A stretch of 64,000 nucleotides of DNA from a virus (taxonomy: Duplodnaviria > Heunggongvirae > Uroviricota > Caudoviricetes). The notes beneath the pieces are model-generated. The model was given only the letters and a program-made list of their open reading frames with translations. It did no database searches and was not told the origin of the DNA. Shown here in pieces: positions 19,843-29,527 of the stretch (position 1 is its first letter; the number at the start of each line of letters is the position of its first letter). Location of the stretch: positions 206,007-270,006 of the IMG/VR virus record IMGVR_UViG_3300028886_000029, one strand, 5' to 3'. Made by a program: the position numbers and the translations under genes.

Positions 19843-20759
19843 TATTCCTCATTTTTTCCTAAATTATTCATTCTGTTTGTCATATCCTTAAACGACCTTG
19901 TTAAGTCATTGTCTTGCACATTCTCAACATCGTCCTTAGTAATCGGTTTGTCTGTTGGCGCATTGACACTTGTCGTTTGCTGTGGTAAGCTTGTATTCAC
20001 ACCCTTCACATCTGTTTTCTCAATTGGTTTAGTGTCAGGTGCTGACAAAAGGTTGTTATTATTTAAATTAACATTAGTGTTCACATTGTCAACATTATTT
20101 TGTTGTCTTGTGAATAAATTTTTCATTGTTTGAACGGGTTTACTATTTTTAAGACGACTAATAATATTATCAATAACCTGTCTTGCCGTGTATTTTTGTT
20201 TGGGTTGTTGTGATGTTGTGTCCTGTTGAGGTATGCTAATGCCCTCCACATCAGCCTTGGTTATTGGTTTGTCATCAATTTCAACTTCCTTATTGTTAGA
20301 CATTTGTTTATCCTGATACTTTTGCTGCCTGTTGATTTGTTTGGCGTTACCGATAGGAGCGATATTATAAACAACTGACATTGAATCATCACCACCCTCA
20401 TTAAACGCCTCAAGGTTTTCACCGTCAAATGTTTGTGTTTTGTCCATGTACCAAGATTTTATTCTGTCAACCCTAAAATATTTCCATTTGGGATATTCCC
20501 TATCGTTTGGTGGTGTGGTAAGACCCCTTCTACTGTCCCCTTTTTCCTGATAAGCCCTGATGACAGGATTACCTGCCGATGTGAGACCATAAGCGACAGG
20601 ATAGATAAGTCTCCAATTCTTACCCTTCCCATCGGTTTTTCCGTCATCATAGGATATAGTTACAGGGTGCATCCCATTGATTGCCTTGTTAATCTTTGTG
20701 TTGGACACACTCTCAGTGAGCATTAAAGTCTCATTACATATTTCCTCAAATAATGTCAT
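19842..20759 (-). CDS. WYL-domain protein with low-complexity repeated tail
   Basis: VTISY...RLIYPVAYG...VIRAYQ...WKYFRVDRI is a WYL signature; three D.KPI.K.DV repeats in the tail. Confidence 0.75.
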   Translation of the reverse strand: MTLFEEICNETLMLTESVSNTKINKAINGMHPVTISYDDGKTDGKGKNWRLIYPVAYGLTSAGNPVIRAYQEKGDSRRGLTTPPNDREYPKWKYFRVDRIKSWYMDKTQTFDGENLEAFNEGGDDSMSVVYNIAPIGNAKQINRQQKYQDKQMSNNKEVEIDDKPITKADVEGISIPQQDTTSQQPKQKYTARQVIDNIISRLKNSKPVQTMKNLFTRQQNNVDNVNTNVNLNNNNLLSAPDTKPIEKTDVKGVNTSLPQQTTSVNAPTDKPITKDDVENVQDNDLTRSFKDMTNRMNNLGKNEE

Positions 20760-21145
20760 TACTTAATAACAATTTGTCCGTCCTCAACATTTGCGGTGGT
20801 GTCAACTGAGTTGATACCATATGAATTAGATTCATTATAAATATTGATTGTACTTAAAAATTCTCTACCACCAACGCCGTTTCTACCATGAATATCGTAT
20901 GAACCACCGATGTTTTCAGCTTTTGTGTCGAAATTCGAATAATCCATCATACCTTTGGGAAGGTCACAGTTAGGGACACTGTGGGTGTGACCACCATGAC
21001 CTGACCCTTTACCTTGTGGGTCACCATCGCTTATAGCGTCCTTATGTATTGCGGAATATTCATCAAATCTTGTATAATCATTTCTTACTAATTCCTCTTG
21101 TCTCCTTTGGAGACCGGTTTTCTCAAGACATGTTTGTTTTCCCAT
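20759..21145 (-). CDS. Hypothetical protein (late operon)
   Basis: 128 aa ORF overlapping the next gene by TAATG. Confidence 0.7.
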   Translation of the reverse strand: MGKQTCLEKTGLQRRQEELVRNDYTRFDEYSAIHKDAISDGDPQGKGSGHGGHTHSVPNCDLPKGMMDYSNFDTKAENIGGSYDIHGRNGVGGREFLSTINIYNESNSYGINSVDTTANVEDGQIVIK

Positions 21146-21150
21146 AATAT

Positions 21151-22317
21151 TTATTGTTTTTTATAATCATTTTTTATTTTGTTTCTTAATTGTTCCTTGG
21201 ACGAATTGTCCCAATCTTTATAAAAGGGATTTCTGAAAGCCAAATCCTCAGCGTCTTTAGATTTCCACCTGTAATAGTTATTGTGTTTACCACTGTAAGG
21301 ATTGTTTTTTTCTCTTTCTTGTTTCTTATCCCAAGTGTCTTTGAAAGTATTAGGTTCATTTAACCGTCCTTGGTTCAAATGAGCGTTTCTTACAAAAACA
21401 AGGAGATAACTTCCATCTTGTAATTCAATACTATCAATATCATCACCAGGAATATAACCGAACTTCTTGTTTTGTTTAATGTCACGGATAGTGTTGTCAA
21501 TGTTTGAATATGTCACAACACCGATAACATCATCATCAGTTACATTATGTAAATCAGCATTGGCCATTCTGAAATCCTTATGCATCCAATTATATTCTTT
21601 ATGGAATCCACCATGTTGTTTAACCAAATCAAACAGTTTTTTAGACTTAATGGATTTGGACTCATTCATTTTTGACTCTTGGTAAACAATAACTTGTTTG
21701 TTTCCATTATTATCAAGACTCATGGTGTTTTTGGTGTACCCTGCTTTTTGATAAACATTTTGCTCACCCCTATCATGCGCTGATTTTTTTATGTTGGCAT
21801 CATTCGCCATGGCGTTATTATACTGACTCTCAATGTCCCTTATATTGGGATTGTTTTTTTCCATTGTTCTCATTGTGGACAGACCTTGTTGTCTGATTGT
21901 GGGGTCAGCACTTTGGGACTTTTTTTTTGCGGCGGCATATCTTGATTTTAATGTTGAGGCGTTGTTGTTTGTCACTCTGTTCTTATCATCACCATATGTC
22001 CTGTTCACAAGGTTTTGATTGTCTTCAGACAAGTTTCTTTGTTTCCAATCAGATTTTTTTGATTCCATATATATTGGCAAATTATAATTGGTTCCTCTAC
22101 TTACACCATAATAACCACCTGTGTCCCTTCTCATCATGTTACTGACTTTATCTGACGGTGTGGCCTCAGTGTCTTTATCCTCATATTTATCACCAGCATA
22201 AACACTGTTGGCCGCATCTTGCTTGAAATCAGAATTACTGATATTATCAAGATAAGAAGAATCACCACCAACAATCTCATCCAATTGCTTTTGTGTTATA
22301 ATAATTTTTCTTGACAT
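21151..22317 (-). CDS. Leader-bearing hypothetical protein
   Basis: MSRKIIITQKQLDEI start; several internal x-x-E sites (YME, LSE, YQE, MNE); late motif at 22340. Confidence 0.7.
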   Translation of the reverse strand: MSRKIIITQKQLDEIVGGDSSYLDNISNSDFKQDAANSVYAGDKYEDKDTEATPSDKVSNMMRRDTGGYYGVSRGTNYNLPIYMESKKSDWKQRNLSEDNQNLVNRTYGDDKNRVTNNNASTLKSRYAAAKKKSQSADPTIRQQGLSTMRTMEKNNPNIRDIESQYNNAMANDANIKKSAHDRGEQNVYQKAGYTKNTMSLDNNGNKQVIVYQESKMNESKSIKSKKLFDLVKQHGGFHKEYNWMHKDFRMANADLHNVTDDDVIGVVTYSNIDNTIRDIKQNKKFGYIPGDDIDSIELQDGSYLLVFVRNAHLNQGRLNEPNTFKDTWDKKQEREKNNPYSGKHNNYYRWKSKDAEDLAFRNPFYKDWDNSSKEQLRNKIKNDYKKQ

Positions 22318-22447
22318 AGTTATATAATTTTCCTATATAATAAATATCTTAAATATTGAAAATAATCAAAAAATAAAATTGACTTTGAGACGAATCTGTT
22401 TTATTTTTTTATAAAATCAGAAAAAATAATTTTTTAAACAATATTAT

Positions 22448-23695
22448 ATGAGCGAAAAAATTAAAATACTTGTTGTGCCATCCGATAGTTTCGGTGTGGG
22501 TCATTGGAGGTCAATATGGCCACATACTAAACTACAGGACTTGTACGGTGACGATTTTGATATTGAGATTAACATGAATCCCAATTGGTCTGACTTACCG
22601 TCATTTGATAAATACGACATTATTCATTTCCATAAGGGTGTTTACCAAAATATGGATGAATTTAGAACTGCTTTGAAATATTTTAAGGAACATAATATCA
22701 CAACAATAATGGACATTGATGATTATTGGGATGTGGGACAATTTCACCCCCTGTTTTACAGTAGTAGGGCAATGAATTTGCCTGAAAAAATAACAGGTAA
22801 CTTTCCTTTGGTTGATTATGTCACAACAACAACGGAAATCTTCGCTGATAAAATTAAGAAATTTAACAAAAATGTGGTTGTCTATCCCAACGCAATTGAC
22901 ACAAACCAAGAACAGTTCAAACCAATTAAAAACCCTTCTGATAGAATAAGGTTCGGTTTTGTTATGGGGTCATCGCATAAAAGGGACATGGAACAGTTTC
23001 AAGGTGTTATATCATGTCTTGGAAAAGATATCTTAGACAAAATACAAATTGTTCTATGCGGCTATGATTTGAAAGGTAGCACAACAATTATCGGAAAAAA
23101 TGGTGAGGTTGTGGGAACAAGACCCATCAAGCCGACAGAAAGTGTTTGGTTTGAATATGAAAGAAATGTCACTAATAATTACAAAATTGTCTCACCTGAA
23201 TATAAGGACTTCTTGTTTAAGTTCTTACCTGAGGCACAATGGCCTAATGTTGCTAATGAACCATATAGAAGAGAGTGGACAAAAGACCTTAACAGTTTTG
23301 GTAAACACTACCGCAATATAGATGTGCTTTTGGTGCCTCTTGAAACAAACCAATTCAGTGAGGTTAAATCTGAGTTGAAATTTGTTGAAGCAGGTTTTAC
23401 TAAAACAGCGGTTGTCGCTACAAATTTTGGTCCTTACACAATCGGTAGTAAAAGTATTTTCAAGAAAGGTGGTGGTCTTGATGAGACAGGTAACTGTATA
23501 CTTATTGACCCAGCTAAAAAACACAAGGGTTGGGCTAATGCCATTAAATGGCTTACTAACCATCCTGAATATATAACACTACTTCAAAATAACATGTACG
23601 AACATGTGAAAGACCAATATAATCTTGAAACGCAAACGAAGAGAAGGGCTGAATGGTATAAAGAAATAAGAAAAAGAAATGATGTAAATGAGTAA
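22448..23695 (+). CDS. Glycosyltransferase, GT-B fold (GT4-like)
   Basis: GVGHWR..WP, MDIDDYW, VVYPNAID, DVLLVPL...KSELKFVEAG. Confidence 0.85.
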   Translation: MSEKIKILVVPSDSFGVGHWRSIWPHTKLQDLYGDDFDIEINMNPNWSDLPSFDKYDIIHFHKGVYQNMDEFRTALKYFKEHNITTIMDIDDYWDVGQFHPLFYSSRAMNLPEKITGNFPLVDYVTTTTEIFADKIKKFNKNVVVYPNAIDTNQEQFKPIKNPSDRIRFGFVMGSSHKRDMEQFQGVISCLGKDILDKIQIVLCGYDLKGSTTIIGKNGEVVGTRPIKPTESVWFEYERNVTNNYKIVSPEYKDFLFKFLPEAQWPNVANEPYRREWTKDLNSFGKHYRNIDVLLVPLETNQFSEVKSELKFVEAGFTKTAVVATNFGPYTIGSKSIFKKGGGLDETGNCILIDPAKKHKGWANAIKWLTNHPEYITLLQNNMYEHVKDQYNLETQTKRRAEWYKEIRKRNDVNE

Positions 23696-23855
23696 AAATT
23701 TATATAAAGATTACTACGAGACAATGAATCGTGATGACGAATGGTCAAAAGTGGATGAAGACAACATAAGAAAGAAAATAAAAGAAAAAGAATATGTGTC
23801 TTCTTTTAATGAATGTGATGTGGAACATATTTCTTGGGAAGGAATGGGAAACTAA
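23688..23855 (+). CDS. Small hypothetical protein (55 aa)
   Basis: Manual translation MSKNLYKDYY...WEGMGN*. Overlaps the glycosyltransferase stop and ends at a terminator; below the ORF-track cutoff. Confidence 0.55.
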   Translation: MSKNLYKDYYETMNRDDEWSKVDEDNIRKKIKEKEYVSSFNECDVEHISWEGMGN

Positions 23856-23890
23856 AAGAAGAGAGAGGTAATCATTTATCTCTCTTTTTA
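23856..23890 (+). terminator. Intrinsic terminator
   Basis: GAGAGAGGTAA...TTATCTCTCTT hairpin followed by T-tract. Confidence 0.65.
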
Positions 23891-23927
23891 TTTTGAATAA
23901 TCATGCCATTTTTTTTTTCTAAAATTA

Positions 23928-23956
23928 TTGACAATTTTTTTTCTCTTTTTTATCTT
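23928..23956 (+). promoter_or_regulatory. TTGACA-N17-TATCTT promoter-like site
   Basis: Similar TTGACT-N17-TATwTT sites at 22379-22407 and 35399-35427. Confidence 0.6.
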
Positions 23957-23970
23957 AAAAAGAAAAAAAT

Positions 23971-24249
23971 ATGGAACAGAAACAGGTGAATACCAAAGGA
24001 AAAAATACCAAAAGTGGGGTTAAGTATTTAAGTTTACATGAACTTATAGATTGCATAAAGGCATGTGATTTAATTATTGACAGGACAGTTAAAAGTGCTG
24101 ATTCATATAGGGGTGTGCCGACACAGTTTATGAGTGACACTGAAAAAGAAGAGTATGAAATACTCAATAAAAAGTACAAAGAGTACATTGATGTTGAGAA
24201 CAAGATACTTGGAATAATTGAAAAGAAAATTAAGGAATTAGATGTTTAA
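23971..24249 (+). CDS. Hypothetical protein
   Basis: 92 aa, behind TTGACA-N17-TATCTT. Confidence 0.7.
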   Translation: MEQKQVNTKGKNTKSGVKYLSLHELIDCIKACDLIIDRTVKSADSYRGVPTQFMSDTEKEEYEILNKKYKEYIDVENKILGIIEKKIKELDV

Positions 24250-25231
24250 AAAATTAATATTAAACACTAAAGTGTTTTTCCACGGTTTATTCCATGGACT
24301 TAAAGGTGCTGATGAGGTTATATCACAATCAGCGTCTTACGGTAGTAGTGACACAGAAATTTCCCAAGAGCAAGAGACACACACTGCCGTACAAGACATG
24401 TTAAGGGGTGAGGAAACGCAAAGGGTACAGGAACTGAGATATGAGTATTACAAAACCTTAATAGAATCAAAAAATTACCATGTTGACATAACAGGTGGTT
24501 TTGATGACAGTGACAGCACCCCATTAAAGGCTGTGGCAAGGAAAAAGACTGCTCTTGATTTTACGCTTAAAATTGATGTATATAATCCGGAAAAATTACC
24601 GATAAGAGTTATACAAGACAACAAACTGATTCCAAAGCATAATAATTTTGTTCCTGAAGACTTTTACAAATATGGTAATGACGATTATGTGTCACTTTTT
24701 AACTTTGAGAGAGACAATTTTATTCCGAGATTTAAATTGGAAAACTATATCAACAAAATTGTTGTGAGGAACAACGGTGAAAAGGTTTATCTTGATTTGT
24801 ATACCACAATGTACGCAAGTCAATTTGGTAAAGTGGACGCTATTTTTATTGCAAATCTCAATGAATTGAAAAAGACCGGTAATAAAAAGTCGGACATAAC
24901 AACATTAAAAGAGATTTCTTTCATTACAGATAAAGCCCATGGTGAAAATGACTTATGTGAATTTAAATTTCAAAATATAGAATATAAAGGCATATATGCG
25001 TTTGACGGTAATTTTGTTTTGACTTTTGAGGCTGACATGGTTTCTGACGGAATAAGTGTTATTGAAAAATATAAGACCAAAGAAATTGATGAGAAAATAA
25101 AAACAAAAGCGGTTAGAGACAATGCTAAGAAAAACGGTATTGACATTTTTGCGTTAAAAAGAGATATTGATAAAAAAGAGGAAAATGAATTGTCAACACA
25201 GACTTTTTCGTTAAATAAAAAAGAAAATTAA
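24242..25231 (+). CDS. Hypothetical protein
   Basis: 329 aa ORF overlapping the upstream gene. Confidence 0.75.
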   Translation: MFKKLILNTKVFFHGLFHGLKGADEVISQSASYGSSDTEISQEQETHTAVQDMLRGEETQRVQELRYEYYKTLIESKNYHVDITGGFDDSDSTPLKAVARKKTALDFTLKIDVYNPEKLPIRVIQDNKLIPKHNNFVPEDFYKYGNDDYVSLFNFERDNFIPRFKLENYINKIVVRNNGEKVYLDLYTTMYASQFGKVDAIFIANLNELKKTGNKKSDITTLKEISFITDKAHGENDLCEFKFQNIEYKGIYAFDGNFVLTFEADMVSDGISVIEKYKTKEIDEKIKTKAVRDNAKKNGIDIFALKRDIDKKEENELSTQTFSLNKKEN

Positions 25232-25236
25232 ATACA

Positions 25237-25836
25237 ATGAGAATCGCGATAGATTTAAACGATGTGGTCAGGGACTACACCAATAATTTTTTAAAAGAAT
25301 ACTTATTGAACTACAATAGGGAATACGATACAGAAAACTTGTCAATATGGACAAATGATATGGAAAGTGTATTACCTTTCAAAACACAAAAGGCGTATCA
25401 AAAATTTGTATATGAAGATTTTGCTTGGGAATTATATGGTAAATGTGATACCTGTACAAAAAATCTTCCTGTTGAGTTAAATACTTGGCTTCATGATTTA
25501 AAAGAAAATGAAAGTGATACACCAATTGATGTGATTTTTGTATCACCGTTCGAATATGGGGCAACCATTGGTTACACATATTTTTTCATATCAAAACTAA
25601 ACTGTGGTGTGAGAGAAGTGTTTTTACCTGTGGATTCATTAACAATATGGGACAGATGTGACATGCTCATAACAGCAAACCCAAATTTGATTAAGAGTTG
25701 TCCGAAAGGAAAAACCGTTATAAAAATCAAAGCGGAATACAATCAGGATGTTGAGACTAAATATGAGTTCAAGACATTATCCGGTTTACTTAAAGAAAAT
25801 AACATTTTAAAAATTATAGAAAATGAATCAGTTTAA
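25237..25836 (+). CDS. HAD-superfamily 5'(3')-deoxynucleotidase-like protein
   Basis: MRIAIDLNDVVRD (variant of DxDxV motif I) and C-terminal YN; second Asp replaced by Asn. Confidence 0.65.
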   Translation: MRIAIDLNDVVRDYTNNFLKEYLLNYNREYDTENLSIWTNDMESVLPFKTQKAYQKFVYEDFAWELYGKCDTCTKNLPVELNTWLHDLKENESDTPIDVIFVSPFEYGATIGYTYFFISKLNCGVREVFLPVDSLTIWDRCDMLITANPNLIKSCPKGKTVIKIKAEYNQDVETKYEFKTLSGLLKENNILKIIENESV

Positions 25837-26182
25837 AAATGATTATGTTGTTGTGATTAACAAGAAACCCTATTGTTTTGATTTGGAGAAGGTGAAGGAA
25901 ATTTGTTTTATTAGTGGGAAAGAGCAATTAACTGACACTAAAATCACGGATGTCTCATCGTTAGACGACGAGGAAAACAATGGGACTTTTGTCACACAAA
26001 AGGTTGTGGAGGAGAACAAATACAGTAACACACAGGTGGATGTATTAATGCAAGACATTGTGAAAAGTTTTATACTTAAACTATTGGATATGCCTGATGC
26101 TATTGGTGATGATATGGATTTTTCGTCTGCATTGGCTTTTAACACTTGTTTGAATTGTGGAATAATTAAAGAAATTGTATAG
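25823..26182 (+). CDS. Hypothetical protein
   Basis: 119 aa ORF within the operon. Confidence 0.7.
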   Translation: MNQFKNDYVVVINKKPYCFDLEKVKEICFISGKEQLTDTKITDVSSLDDEENNGTFVTQKVVEENKYSNTQVDVLMQDIVKSFILKLLDMPDAIGDDMDFSSALAFNTCLNCGIIKEIV

Positions 26183-26187
26183 GACAT

Positions 26188-27294
26188 ATGGCTGAATTAA
26201 AAAAAGAAGATATGATAAAAACCATTGAGGAAAGTATTGAAAAAATAAAGAGCAAAGATTTTAATGTTTTCTTTTATGTACTTGATACTAAAGGTAATCC
26301 ATCAGGTTCGTTGGAATACATTTATCAAACCGCATATACATTAAAGGAAATGGGTTACAATGTAACAATGTTACATAATGAGAAAGATGAGTTTATTGGT
26401 GTTGGTGAATGGCTTGGTGAAAAATATAATGAATTGCCACACAAAAATGTTGAGAAGGAAAATGTTGAAATTTCAGCAAGTGATTTCCTTTTCATTCCCG
26501 AAATTTTCGCTACAACAGTTATGGGTAGTGTGAAAAAACTCCCTTGTGAAAAAATAGCGATTGTACAAAATTACAATAATTTACCTGAGTTTATGCCAAT
26601 ATCCACAGATTTTCTTGGTATGAAAGTATATAATGCGATTACCACATCAAAGGTACAGGAGGAAAAATTAAATGAGTATTTCCCTGGTTTAAAAACACAT
26701 GTGGTGAGACCGTCAATCAGACCTGTTTTCAGGGATAGTGATAAACCAAGGAAACTGATTGTTAATGTAATTGCAAGAAACCAAGAGGATGTTTATAGGG
26801 TTATGAAACCGTTCTATTGGAAATATCCAATTTATAAGTGGGTATCTTTTAGGGAACTAAGAGGTCTTGACCAAGAAACTTTAAGTGATGCTTTAAGGGA
26901 AACACCTTTCACGGTATGGATTGATGAAAACACTAATTTCGGATATACTGCACTTGAAGCCATGAGGTGTGGAAGTATTCTTATTGCAAAGACACCCAAA
27001 ACATTCAGTGATTGGAACATTGAAAAAGACAAGAACGGTAACGAGCATTTGACTGACGCTTGTATTTGGTTTGACCACATTGATGATTTGCCTGATATGC
27101 TTGCAAGTATTATACGAAGTTGGACTTTGGATAGGATACCTAATGAAATTTACACTAACATACATAAATTAGATAACCAATATACACAGGAGACTCAAAG
27201 AAAAGAAATTGAGCATGTATATGGAAATATTTTCCAAAAAAGAGTCAGTGATTTTGAGGAGGCTCTTTCACAAATAAAAACAAAAAATGAATAA
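26188..27294 (+). CDS. Glycosyltransferase, GT-B fold
   Basis: NPSGSLEYIYQ.A..L...GYNV, FIPE, NFGYTALEAMRCG (GT4-like). Confidence 0.8.
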   Translation: MAELKKEDMIKTIEESIEKIKSKDFNVFFYVLDTKGNPSGSLEYIYQTAYTLKEMGYNVTMLHNEKDEFIGVGEWLGEKYNELPHKNVEKENVEISASDFLFIPEIFATTVMGSVKKLPCEKIAIVQNYNNLPEFMPISTDFLGMKVYNAITTSKVQEEKLNEYFPGLKTHVVRPSIRPVFRDSDKPRKLIVNVIARNQEDVYRVMKPFYWKYPIYKWVSFRELRGLDQETLSDALRETPFTVWIDENTNFGYTALEAMRCGSILIAKTPKTFSDWNIEKDKNGNEHLTDACIWFDHIDDLPDMLASIIRSWTLDRIPNEIYTNIHKLDNQYTQETQRKEIEHVYGNIFQKRVSDFEEALSQIKTKNE

Positions 27295-27296
27295 AA

Positions 27297-28076
27297 ATGA
27301 AAGACTTAACAGTTATTATACCTTTAAAAGATTATAGTGATGAAACAAAGAAAATGTTATCAACAGCGATTGATAGCGTTAAAAAGGCCGCTGGTACTGA
27401 CACTGAATTACTATTTGTGTCAACCGATGATATAATTGAGTCAGTTAAAAAAGATTATTCTGAAGACAATATGACTTATTTGGGTGTCAAAAAACTTGAT
27501 TTCTGCACACAAATTAACAAGGCGGTTGAAAAATGTAAGACATATTTTTCAATTTTGGAGTTTGATGATGTATACACACCCAATTGGTTTAAAAACTTTG
27601 AGGAATATAAGGAAACGGACAAAGATATTTCAGTCTTTTTGCCACTTACCGAAATCGTTATGTACGATAAACCTGAAGACGGTGCGATAGGTTATGTTAA
27701 TGAAGCTGTTTGGGCGACATCCTTCTCTGAGAATTTGGGGTATCTTGACAATGAATCACTAATGTCGTACATGAACTTCAACACTACTGGTGGTATTTTT
27801 AAGACTGAGGATTTTGTGAGTGTCGGTAAACTCAAACCGTCAATTAAGTTAACATTTTGGTATGAGTTTTTGTTAAGATGTATTCATAACGGTAAAAAGG
27901 TTTTTGTTATTCCTAAAGTTGGCTACCAGCATATGCTTAACAGACCTGGTTCTATTTCTGATGTATATAACACGACACTCAAACCAGAAGAGGCTGATTT
28001 TTGGATTGATTTAGCCCAAAAGGACTATTTCTTCAACAAAGAAAGGGATAAATCACATTATAAGTACGAAGAATAA
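27297..28076 (+). CDS. Glycosyltransferase family 2 (GT-A)
   Basis: LTVIIP, N.AVE...YFSILEFDD (DxD-like), YEFLLR, YQH. Confidence 0.8.
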   Translation: MKDLTVIIPLKDYSDETKKMLSTAIDSVKKAAGTDTELLFVSTDDIIESVKKDYSEDNMTYLGVKKLDFCTQINKAVEKCKTYFSILEFDDVYTPNWFKNFEEYKETDKDISVFLPLTEIVMYDKPEDGAIGYVNEAVWATSFSENLGYLDNESLMSYMNFNTTGGIFKTEDFVSVGKLKPSIKLTFWYEFLLRCIHNGKKVFVIPKVGYQHMLNRPGSISDVYNTTLKPEEADFWIDLAQKDYFFNKERDKSHYKYEE

Positions 28077-28185
28077 AAACAGTATTTTTTAATGGTAAGA
28101 CTCATCCGAGATGAGTGATTTTTTAAGGAAAGTACTTGTATAACATGTAGAAGAAAAAATATTGTTGCAATAACAAGTGCAACAA

Positions 28186-29070
28186 ATGGGTAGAGGAAGA
28201 AAACCAAAAGAGAGAAAAGGTTATTTTTATGAGAAAGAAGAACAAGCAGTAATTGATTATCTTAACACAACTGACATAAACAAAAAGAATACCATTTTCA
28301 ATGAGATACTTTTACCTGCGTTTACTAAAATGGTTGAGGCTATTATAAGACGATATAAATTATATGTGCCCGACGAACTTTTCGAAGAGACATTTAATGA
28401 CACATTTTCTTATTTGATGTCAAAATTTTCTCATTATAAACCGGTTTCTTATGAATATCAAGAAATAAGTGAGTTACCTGAAAACACAAACGCTGTCATG
28501 TGTGATATAAACGAAGGTAAAGAACTTCTAAAAAAAACTGACAAAGATTGTCCTAAATATTTAATAATATCAGAAGATGATAATATATTGTTATATAAAC
28601 TTGTTCAAAAGAAAAATAAGGCATTTTCATATTATCAAACAATATGTAAAAATTATTTGATGGCGAAAGGAATACAATATGTTAACAATCAAAAAAGAAA
28701 TGCCCCTTATGATAATGTGTCTGAAATTTATGACAATAATATCAAATATATCAATGAGGATGAAAAAGCATATTCTTTCGCTGAAAATCTCATAGAAAAA
28801 ACATCAAATGAGATAAAAAAAATGATTGACAACCCTGAGACAAATAACTTAAATGATGGGGAAATTAAAGTTGGAAAAGCACTCGTGGAATTGTTGGACA
28901 ATTGGGAAACAAGGGTTTTGTCTGAAGACAGTAATAAACTACAAAAAAACAAGGTACTATATTTTCTCAGGGAAGAAACCATGATGTCAACCAAAGTAGT
29001 CAGGGAAAACATGAAAAAATATTTTACGCTTTATTTCAATATCAAAAAAAAGGAACTTGAAGAACAATAG
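28186..29070 (+). CDS. Phage RNA polymerase sigma factor (T4 gp55-like late sigma)
   Basis: Region-2-like KMVEAIIRRY...DTFSYLMSKF..YKP and KAFSYYQTICKNYL, separated by an insertion of about 55 aa. Confidence 0.7.
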   Translation: MGRGRKPKERKGYFYEKEEQAVIDYLNTTDINKKNTIFNEILLPAFTKMVEAIIRRYKLYVPDELFEETFNDTFSYLMSKFSHYKPVSYEYQEISELPENTNAVMCDINEGKELLKKTDKDCPKYLIISEDDNILLYKLVQKKNKAFSYYQTICKNYLMAKGIQYVNNQKRNAPYDNVSEIYDNNIKYINEDEKAYSFAENLIEKTSNEIKKMIDNPETNNLNDGEIKVGKALVELLDNWETRVLSEDSNKLQKNKVLYFLREETMMSTKVVRENMKKYFTLYFNIKKKELEEQ

Positions 29071-29100
29071 TTGTGACAAAAAAACTTGCCACAACTATTT
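29067..29100 (+). terminator. Hairpin terminator whose 3' arm overlaps a late-promoter motif
   Basis: ATAGTTGTG...CACAACTAT followed by TT; TATTTAT at 29096-29102. Confidence 0.55.
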
Positions 29101-29119
29101 ATAATAAAATGTGTATATT

Positions 29120-29527
29120 ATGGGAAATAAATATAAAGTAAGGCTTAATTCAATAGAGAAAATTGAGGAATTACTACAAGAAATATATGAGGAGTCTTGT
29201 AGGTTAATAAACCAAATACAGGGTGAAATGGACAAAATACAAAACAATATTGTGTTAGGTAGCGAAGGTATAACAATTGAGGAAAAAACCAAATATGCCA
29301 AAGCCATGAACGATTTTATGACAAACAAGAAAAAAGCCATTGATTCCAAATTTGAAATCGCTAAATTCATGGGTGAACTGGCTAAACATGGTGGTGATAT
29401 TAACAGCACGTTAAACGACCCTGCATTTTCCAAAGAGACAAAACTTGACATATCAATGTTGAAAAACATGGCATTAAATGATGTGGATGATAAAGACGAT
29501 TATGACTCATACAAATTGAAAAACTAA
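29120..29527 (+). CDS. Hypothetical helical protein, first gene of a late operon
   Basis: ATG 29120, 17 nt after the TATTTAT motif. Confidence 0.75.
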   Translation: MGNKYKVRLNSIEKIEELLQEIYEESCRLINQIQGEMDKIQNNIVLGSEGITIEEKTKYAKAMNDFMTNKKKAIDSKFEIAKFMGELAKHGGDINSTLNDPAFSKETKLDISMLKNMALNDVDDKDDYDSYKLKN

